DNA of 49,407 nucleotides. It comes from Hyphomicrobiales bacterium (lineage in GTDB: Bacteria; Pseudomonadota; Alphaproteobacteria; Rhizobiales; JAJFHB01). Positions 44,362 to 49,407 of this stretch are shown here, piece by piece (position 1 is the stretch's first letter; each line of letters starts with the position of its first letter). A program made the translations under genes and the position numbers. A model generated the notes under the pieces. The model saw nothing but the letters and a program-made list of their open reading frames with translations. It had not been told where the DNA came from and searched no databases. The stretch covers positions 1 through 49,407 of the forward strand of contig JAJFHM010000115.1 in assembly GCA_021775625.1 (NCBI GenBank). Reading direction: 5' to 3'.

Positions 44362-44961
44362 TTACGCCGCAGTGGTAAGCTCTACCGGGGCGGCGTCATT
44401 GGCAGCATGGTGCGCCGGTGCGAGGGGTTTTGCGAGCCGTATGGTGCGGGGGTCCTGGCGGTTCAGGGAAACCCTGTAACCGGCCGTCCTGGCGAGGCTG
44501 ATCATGGCGGCGTTGGTGTTCAGGGTGTCCGCAGTCATGAGCAATTTTCCGGCCCTGAATGCGTGCTGTTCGATCTTGTCCAGCAGCATGCGTGCGAGAC
44601 CACGGCCGTGCCACTCATCGGCAACCGCAATGGCAAACTCGCAGACTGCAGTATCGTTTGCATCGACCACATACCTGGCCTCCGCGATCATGGTCGGCTC
44701 TCCGTCCTTGACGGTTTCCACGAGAAAGCAGACATGGTTCTTGCCGTCCGTGGCGGTCAGATAACGCAGCAGGGCGTCCTGGACCTCGCTTTTCGGACCC
44801 ATGAAGCGCCAAAACAAAGCGTCTTTCGACAGCGCGCAAAAGAACCTGCGCTGCAAATCGAAATCTTCCGGCAGCAATTGACGAACGCTGCAACGCGCAA
44901 CGCCGCCGAACGGCAGGACCGCGGTTGCTTTTTCAGCAGGGCTTGTGGGACGGGGCTGCAT
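44362..44961 (-). CDS. GNAT-family N-acetyltransferase
   Basis: CEFAIAVADEWHGRGLARMLLDKIEQHA is the acetyl-CoA-binding Q/RxxGxG/A motif region. Start ATG at 44959-44961 chosen. Confidence 0.75.
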   Translation of the reverse strand: MQPRPTSPAEKATAVLPFGGVARCSVRQLLPEDFDLQRRFFCALSKDALFWRFMGPKSEVQDALLRYLTATDGKNHVCFLVETVKDGEPTMIAEARYVVDANDTAVCEFAIAVADEWHGRGLARMLLDKIEQHAFRAGKLLMTADTLNTNAAMISLARTAGYRVSLNRQDPRTIRLAKPLAPAHHAANDAAPVELTTAA

Positions 44962-44977
44962 GGATATGTCTTCAGAC

Positions 44978-45208
44978 TCAGCTGTTTGTCGTAGCTCTGA
45001 AGCTGCGCCTGCGCCCATTCGGAGCACCATAGACTACGGACATGGCCTCGGAGCGGTCGATGCCAATGTCCTTCAGGGTCCGCTGACACACGGACTGCAA
45101 CTCGCGCACGGCCTTGCGTTGTTCGCGCATTCCCAGCCACGCCGCATAAGCATCGGTAATCCGCTGCATGATCGTGTAGGTTTCAGTGAAGGTGGTGGTC
45201 GTGGTCAT
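44978..45208 (-). CDS. DUF1127-domain small protein
   Basis: ITDAYAAWLGMREQRKAVRELQSVCQRTLKDIGIDRSEA matches the typical DUF1127 pattern (W..R.R...EL..L.DR.LKDIG..R). Confidence 0.75.
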   Translation of the reverse strand: MTTTTTFTETYTIMQRITDAYAAWLGMREQRKAVRELQSVCQRTLKDIGIDRSEAMSVVYGAPNGRRRSFRATTNS

Positions 45209-45416
45209 GCTCTCAACTCCATCAAGGTCAATGCGATGATGGTGATGTGGGGACCGGCTGTTTCAGTTCGGTGTCCGCCGGGCGCCAAAAACGTTTCAAT
45301 TGTATTTCGTCGTGCCGTCGTCTTGGCGCAGAGCGGTAAATTTGAGAGTATCGACGTAAAATTCAGCTCCATCATCGCGCAACCGGAGCTGTCCTGCAGC
45401 GGAAGGGAAAACCACA

Positions 45417-46604
45417 GTGCAAACGACCAGCAAAGTCATGGAGGGGTTCCCTCCCCCCGAAAACGCGCAGGTCACACTGGCCAACTGGCGTAATGCGCCG
45501 TTCAACCGCTGGGCGTTTTGTCATGTGAGCCAGATTGTCCCCGTCGCCATGGTGTGGCGCGGCGATGCCTCAGGCACAGACTGGCCGGTTGCTGCGCAGG
45601 ATATCTCTGAAATCACCTTCTCACATGCAGGTGAGACCGTCAGCGTCGCACAGATGCTGCAGCGCACGACGACAGATGGACTGGTCGTTCTCAATCGCGG
45701 ACGCGTGGTGCATGAGAGCTACTCCGGCAGCCTTCGTGCGCACGTGCCCCACATTTTGTTTTCCGTCACCAAATCCGTTGTCGGGCTGGTGGCAGGCATC
45801 GTCGTGGAGCGCGGCCAGCTTGATCCTGAGACAGCAGTTTCACACTACCTCCCCGAGACCGCAGGCTCGGGCTATGGCGACGCCACCGTGCGCCATGTTC
45901 TCGATATGACCGTCGGCGTCGCCTTTGACGAGGACTACGAAGCCACACAGGGTGATATGGTGCGCTACCGTGAGGCGACGGGGTGGAACGTGGGTGGAGA
46001 CGGCAATTCCGTCGGTTTGCGGCGGTATCTGTGCACCCTTCCACCGGATGGCGAACACGGCCGGGCGTTCAAATACTGTTCTCCCAACACCGACCTGCTC
46101 GGCTGGATCCTCGAGCGCGCCACGGGAAAGCCGGTCGCGGAACTGTTGTCCGAGGCCTTGTGGGCGCCCCTGGGCGCGCAGAACGATGCCTATATCGGGG
46201 TCGATGATTATGGCGCTGCCCGCACCGCAGGCGGATTGTGCGTCACCACGCGCGATCTGGCGCGGATCGGGCAAATGGTTCTGGAGGATGGCCGGGTGGA
46301 CGGCAGGCAGGTGGTTCCGTCAGCCTGGATCAAGGATATTTTTGAGGCCGGCGATCGTGATGCCTGGGACGCTGGGAACTTTGCCGACGACATGCCCGAC
46401 ACATGGTACCGCTCGAAATGGTACAAACACGGTGCCGTGGCACACGCGGTAAGCGGCCTTGGAATTTTCGGCCAGTCGCTCTTCGTGCATCCGGCGAGCC
46501 AGACTGTTATTGCAAAACACTCATCACTCCCAACACCGCTGGATTTCGAGTGTGAAACGCTGCAGATGGCGTGTTTCGACGCCATTGCGGCGCAACTCGC
46601 GTAA
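45417..46604 (+). CDS. Serine hydrolase of the beta-lactamase/transpeptidase-like family
   Basis: S-x-x-K motif in LFSVTKSVVGLVAG; about 390 aa. GTG start at 45417, or ATG at 45438. Confidence 0.8.
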   Translation: MQTTSKVMEGFPPPENAQVTLANWRNAPFNRWAFCHVSQIVPVAMVWRGDASGTDWPVAAQDISEITFSHAGETVSVAQMLQRTTTDGLVVLNRGRVVHESYSGSLRAHVPHILFSVTKSVVGLVAGIVVERGQLDPETAVSHYLPETAGSGYGDATVRHVLDMTVGVAFDEDYEATQGDMVRYREATGWNVGGDGNSVGLRRYLCTLPPDGEHGRAFKYCSPNTDLLGWILERATGKPVAELLSEALWAPLGAQNDAYIGVDDYGAARTAGGLCVTTRDLARIGQMVLEDGRVDGRQVVPSAWIKDIFEAGDRDAWDAGNFADDMPDTWYRSKWYKHGAVAHAVSGLGIFGQSLFVHPASQTVIAKHSSLPTPLDFECETLQMACFDAIAAQLA

Positions 46605-46620
46605 GTGGGGCACCCAAAGG

Positions 46621-46648
46621 AAAAGCGGCCCCGAAGGACCGCTTTGTA
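46621..46648. terminator. Bidirectional rho-independent terminator between convergent genes
   Basis: aaaGCGGcCCcgaaGGaCCGCttt stem-loop (7 bp, one mismatch, then 2 bp; CGAA loop), with a T-rich run on the minus strand (TTTTCCTTT) and TTTGTAAT on the plus strand. Confidence 0.6.
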
Positions 46649-46669
46649 ATGTCTCGTTGGTCTGTTTGA

Positions 46670-47263
46670 TCAGACGTCGTCGTCTTCGTCTTCGAAGTCA
46701 TCTTCGTCTTCGAAATCCTCGTCTTCGAGTTCGGCAACATAATCGACGTCATCAACACCGGTGCCCGCGTCGCTCACCTGGTCGGTGTCGGCGGCAGCTT
46801 CGATCCGTGTTGCGCGATCATAAAGAACAATCTTCTGCGTCGCGGTCAAAAGGCCGGTCGGATCGTCGTCAACCTCAATCTGGAAGGTCCGGATTGCAGC
46901 CTTCGTGCCGCTGCCGATAATTCCGTCCACAACGCCGGCGTCGTAGCCAAGGGTGTTCAATGCCACCTGGATGCGCATGGCTTCGGCGCGATTGTACTGC
47001 TGACGCCTGACTGTGGTGCGAACGCGCGCCGGCGGCGGGTTGCGGCGACGGGGGCCTGTGTAGGGCCGCGGGCCGGGGCGGTTGTTGTGTTTGATCGCTT
47101 CGTTGATGGCGATTGCCGTGACAATGCCGGCGCCGATAAAGAATGCCTCTTTCGTTCCGGCTTTCGCGGACGTCGGGGCCAACTGGGTCGCAAGACCAAG
47201 GCACACCACAAGGGCGGCAACGGGTTTCACGACGGATTTTAACGTACGGGTTGCAGTGCTCAT
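46670..47263 (-). CDS. Secreted peptidoglycan-binding (PG_binding_1) domain protein with an extremely acidic C-terminal tail
   Basis: Signal peptide MSTATRTLKSVVKPVAALVVCLGLATQLAPTSAKA. IQVALNTLGYDAGVVDGIIGSGTKAAIRTFQ. C-terminus ELEDEDFEDEDDFEDEDDDV. Confidence 0.75.
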   Translation of the reverse strand: MSTATRTLKSVVKPVAALVVCLGLATQLAPTSAKAGTKEAFFIGAGIVTAIAINEAIKHNNRPGPRPYTGPRRRNPPPARVRTTVRRQQYNRAEAMRIQVALNTLGYDAGVVDGIIGSGTKAAIRTFQIEVDDDPTGLLTATQKIVLYDRATRIEAAADTDQVSDAGTGVDDVDYVAELEDEDFEDEDDFEDEDDDV

Positions 47264-47519
47264 TCTGGTTCACCTCATCATCAATGGCTTCATGCATGAC
47301 CACGGTGTCATTGCACCGAAGTCCTCGTCATGAACTACATATTGGAGGTAAGTCCTGCCACACTTGTGATTTGAGTCACACAAACCGAAAATTTGCACAT
47401 ATTTTCGTCAAAACCCGCGAAACTCCTCAAGAATTCAACGATTGCGCACGATGGATTTGCCGGACATGGACCATTACGCTCGACTGCCTTGCCGATTCTT
47501 GCCCAAACAAGGACTGCCC

Positions 47520-48227
47520 ATGCCCCGCTCCCATGCTGTCATATTCGACATCGACGGCGTTCTCCTTCACCTGACGCGGCAGGAGGAAACCGCATTCTTC
47601 GATGCGTTTCGCCAGATTGCGGAAATTCCGGAACACCATATTGATCCAGACTGGAACAGCTACCAGGTGCGCAATGATGTGGCGATTGCCGGCGAGTTGC
47701 TTGAGCGGCACCTGCAACGTCCACCCACCGACGGCGAAGTGTGGGCGGTTCTGGACCACTATATCGGAACGATTGCGGTCGGGCTGAAAGGCGGGGTGCT
47801 GCGAACCGAAGTGATCCCTGGATCGCAGGAGCTTCTCAACGGCCTTTCCAGTGACACGAGACTTCACCTCGGACTGGCCACCGCAAACATTGAGGGTACG
47901 GCCGTGACACGCCTGAAACACGCCGGCCTGTGGGGCTGTTTCACCGCCTGTGGTTATGCCGAATCCGGGGGCCCCAAGATCGAGATACTGGGCGCGGCCA
48001 TCGCCGGGCTGCGCGACGGGAACGGCGATCCTGTTACGGCGGACAAGGTGGTCTTTCTGGGCGATCAGCTGGGTGATCTCGCGGCGGCGCGCGAGAACGG
48101 CGTTCATTTCATCGGAGTTTCAACCAAAGCTCAGCAACGCCAGGTGCTGCAGGACAACGGCGCGACGATGGTCCTCGCCGACCATGCTGAAACCGCGAGG
48201 ATTATCGCCGATTTGTTGGAACTTTAG
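47520..48227 (+). CDS. HAD-superfamily hydrolase (phosphatase-like)
   Basis: Motif I VIFDIDGVLL, motif III/IV region VVFLGDQLGDLAAARENG. ATG at 47520 with AAGGA upstream. Confidence 0.8.
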   Translation: MPRSHAVIFDIDGVLLHLTRQEETAFFDAFRQIAEIPEHHIDPDWNSYQVRNDVAIAGELLERHLQRPPTDGEVWAVLDHYIGTIAVGLKGGVLRTEVIPGSQELLNGLSSDTRLHLGLATANIEGTAVTRLKHAGLWGCFTACGYAESGGPKIEILGAAIAGLRDGNGDPVTADKVVFLGDQLGDLAAARENGVHFIGVSTKAQQRQVLQDNGATMVLADHAETARIIADLLEL

Positions 48228-48344
48228 CCGAATATGGGACGCCAGAGACCAATACTGTTCAGGTGCCTGCCGACATAGTTTGCGGCGTCATTCTGCGCCC
48301 TCATGCCGCATAGGATTGCTTCTCAGCCATGGCAGATTGCGGCC

Positions 48345-48812
48345 ATGATCTTATCATCAAGAATGCCATCGTTCGCACTGCTTGTCGCAGGCGCGCTGAC
48401 CCTTTGTTTGCTGATTGCGTTTGCACCGTTCATCCCGGACGCGCATGCAGAGGGATCGATAAAAATCGAGGATGCCTGGGCCCGCGTCACGATCCCCAGC
48501 CGCCCGGCGGCCGGCTATATGGTCATTTACAATCGGGGAGACCAGCTGGACCGCGTCGTCTCCGGCACGTCCGCGCTTGTGGAACGGGTTGAGATTCACA
48601 CCCACATTATGGATGAAGGCGTGATGCGGATGCGGCGTGTTGACAAGGTCGACGTGCCCGGCGGTGCGGAGGTAAAATTTGCACCGGGCGGCTTCCACCT
48701 GATGATGTTCGGGCTTAAACGCGCCTTGAAGAAAGGCGACTTTCTCCCCGTGACCCTGATCTTTGAAAAAGCCGGTAAAGTCGAGGTCGAGTTCAGGGTT
48801 GGCCGCCCTTAG
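48345..48812 (+). CDS. PCu(A)C (DUF461) periplasmic copper chaperone
   Basis: Signal/anchor MILSSRMPSFALLVAGALTLCLLIAF. IEDAWAR, HTHIMDEGVMRMRRV and GGFHLMMFGL (H/M copper motif). The ORF opens at 48303 and the start is uncertain. Confidence 0.8.
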   Translation: MILSSRMPSFALLVAGALTLCLLIAFAPFIPDAHAEGSIKIEDAWARVTIPSRPAAGYMVIYNRGDQLDRVVSGTSALVERVEIHTHIMDEGVMRMRRVDKVDVPGGAEVKFAPGGFHLMMFGLKRALKKGDFLPVTLIFEKAGKVEVEFRVGRP

Positions 48813-48818
48813 AGCCGT

Positions 48819-49407
48819 TTACCGTGCCATGCTCGGGATCACCAGACGATCGATCCAGTTGCGCACTTCCGCCAGGCGAACGTCCTCGTTGGTGACGTCG
48901 TCATCAATGCCCATAAGCCAGGCGATGTCCTTGCGCGCCGGATCCTGGTGCAGTGCCTCGAGCATATCGACAAAACGCTGGGCCGCATCGAGATCGAGGA
49001 AGAAACCACGATCGACGAGCTTCTGTTTGCGGCAATAACACAGCCGGGCCATTTCGTGGACATCGTATTCCGGGTGATACTGCAACGCCCAGAACGTGCC
49101 TTTCTTGTGAGTCACGGCAACCGACTGCACCCGGGTAAAGTCGTTCGATGACAGCATCACGGCGCCTGGCGGCAAGTGGGTGATTTCATCGTCGTGGCTG
49201 ATCCACGCATCGAAGGTGGATTTCTTGTCCGTATAAAGTGGGTGTGCACGGCCTTCCGGGGTCAGTGAGATCTTGCGCGCCAGGAACATTTCGCGGCCCC
49301 TGGGGTGTTCGGCGCAGGCACCGCCCGCCGCCACAACCGCAATCTGTGCTGCCCAACACGAGCCGAACGCCGGCACGCCGGCTTCAAAGCACGACCTGGC
49401 AAATGCG
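48819..49407 (-). CDS. Class I glutamine amidotransferase-like protein, N-terminus beyond the window edge
   Basis: PAFGSCWAAQ corresponds to the nucleophile-Cys elbow (G-x-C-x-G/A-x-Q), and WALQYHPEY to the His region. The frame is open to 49407. Confidence 0.7.
   Translation of the reverse strand, partial: AFARSCFEAGVPAFGSCWAAQIAVVAAGGACAEHPRGREMFLARKISLTPEGRAHPLYTDKKSTFDAWISHDDEITHLPPGAVMLSSNDFTRVQSVAVTHKKGTFWALQYHPEYDVHEMARLCYCRKQKLVDRGFFLDLDAAQRFVDMLEALHQDPARKDIAWLMGIDDDVTNEDVRLAEVRNWIDRLVIPSMAR

Overview
High-GC window that looks alphaproteobacterial (Rhizobiales/Rhodobacterales-like), is densely coding, and has no rRNA, tRNA, CRISPR, transposase or integrase that I can see. The blocks, in order: (1) 0.4-8.3 kb holds carnitine/gamma-butyrobetaine-type CoA-dependent catabolism: a tandem-fused family III CoA-transferase, an NDP-forming acyl-CoA synthetase, an acyl-CoA dehydrogenase, a BKACE enzyme and a divergent GlxA/CdhR-like AraC regulator. 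(2) 8.5-20.2 kb is the stand-out region: two convergent operons (3 + 5 genes) with 19 CxxCH haem motifs. They encode an acidic pentahaem protein, an outer-membrane beta-barrel, a membrane-anchored FAD/NAD(P)H/2Fe-2S reductase, a decahaem protein with an N-terminal Cys-rich module, a membrane protein with two H-x13-H pairs, a cNMP-binding protein fused to a 4x[4Fe-4S] module, a tetrahaem protein with a lysine-rich tail, and a small secreted protein. I read this as a candidate cytoplasm-to-outer-membrane electron conduit whose architecture I do not recognise. (3) 20.4-25.5 kb holds a secreted hydrolase-like protein and three cytoplasmic flavin/Fe-S oxidoreductases. (4) 25.6-27.3 kb holds a carnitine dehydrogenase-like gene and caiD-like gene, functionally matching block 1. 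(5) 27.5-33.3 kb is a copper island: CueR with a textbook 19-bp-spacer operator, DUF4396, TolC-like lipoprotein, multicopper oxidase, cupredoxin and CusF. (6) 33.4-49.4 kb holds DUF2652, GST, an orphan type I secretion ABC/MFP pair, an aldehyde dehydrogenase, a two-component system, a 162-bp inverted-repeat element, DUF4153, GNAT, DUF1127, a serine hydrolase, a PG-binding protein, HAD, PCu(A)C and a truncated GATase. All calls rest on reading the translated ORFs and the DNA by eye; no searches were run.
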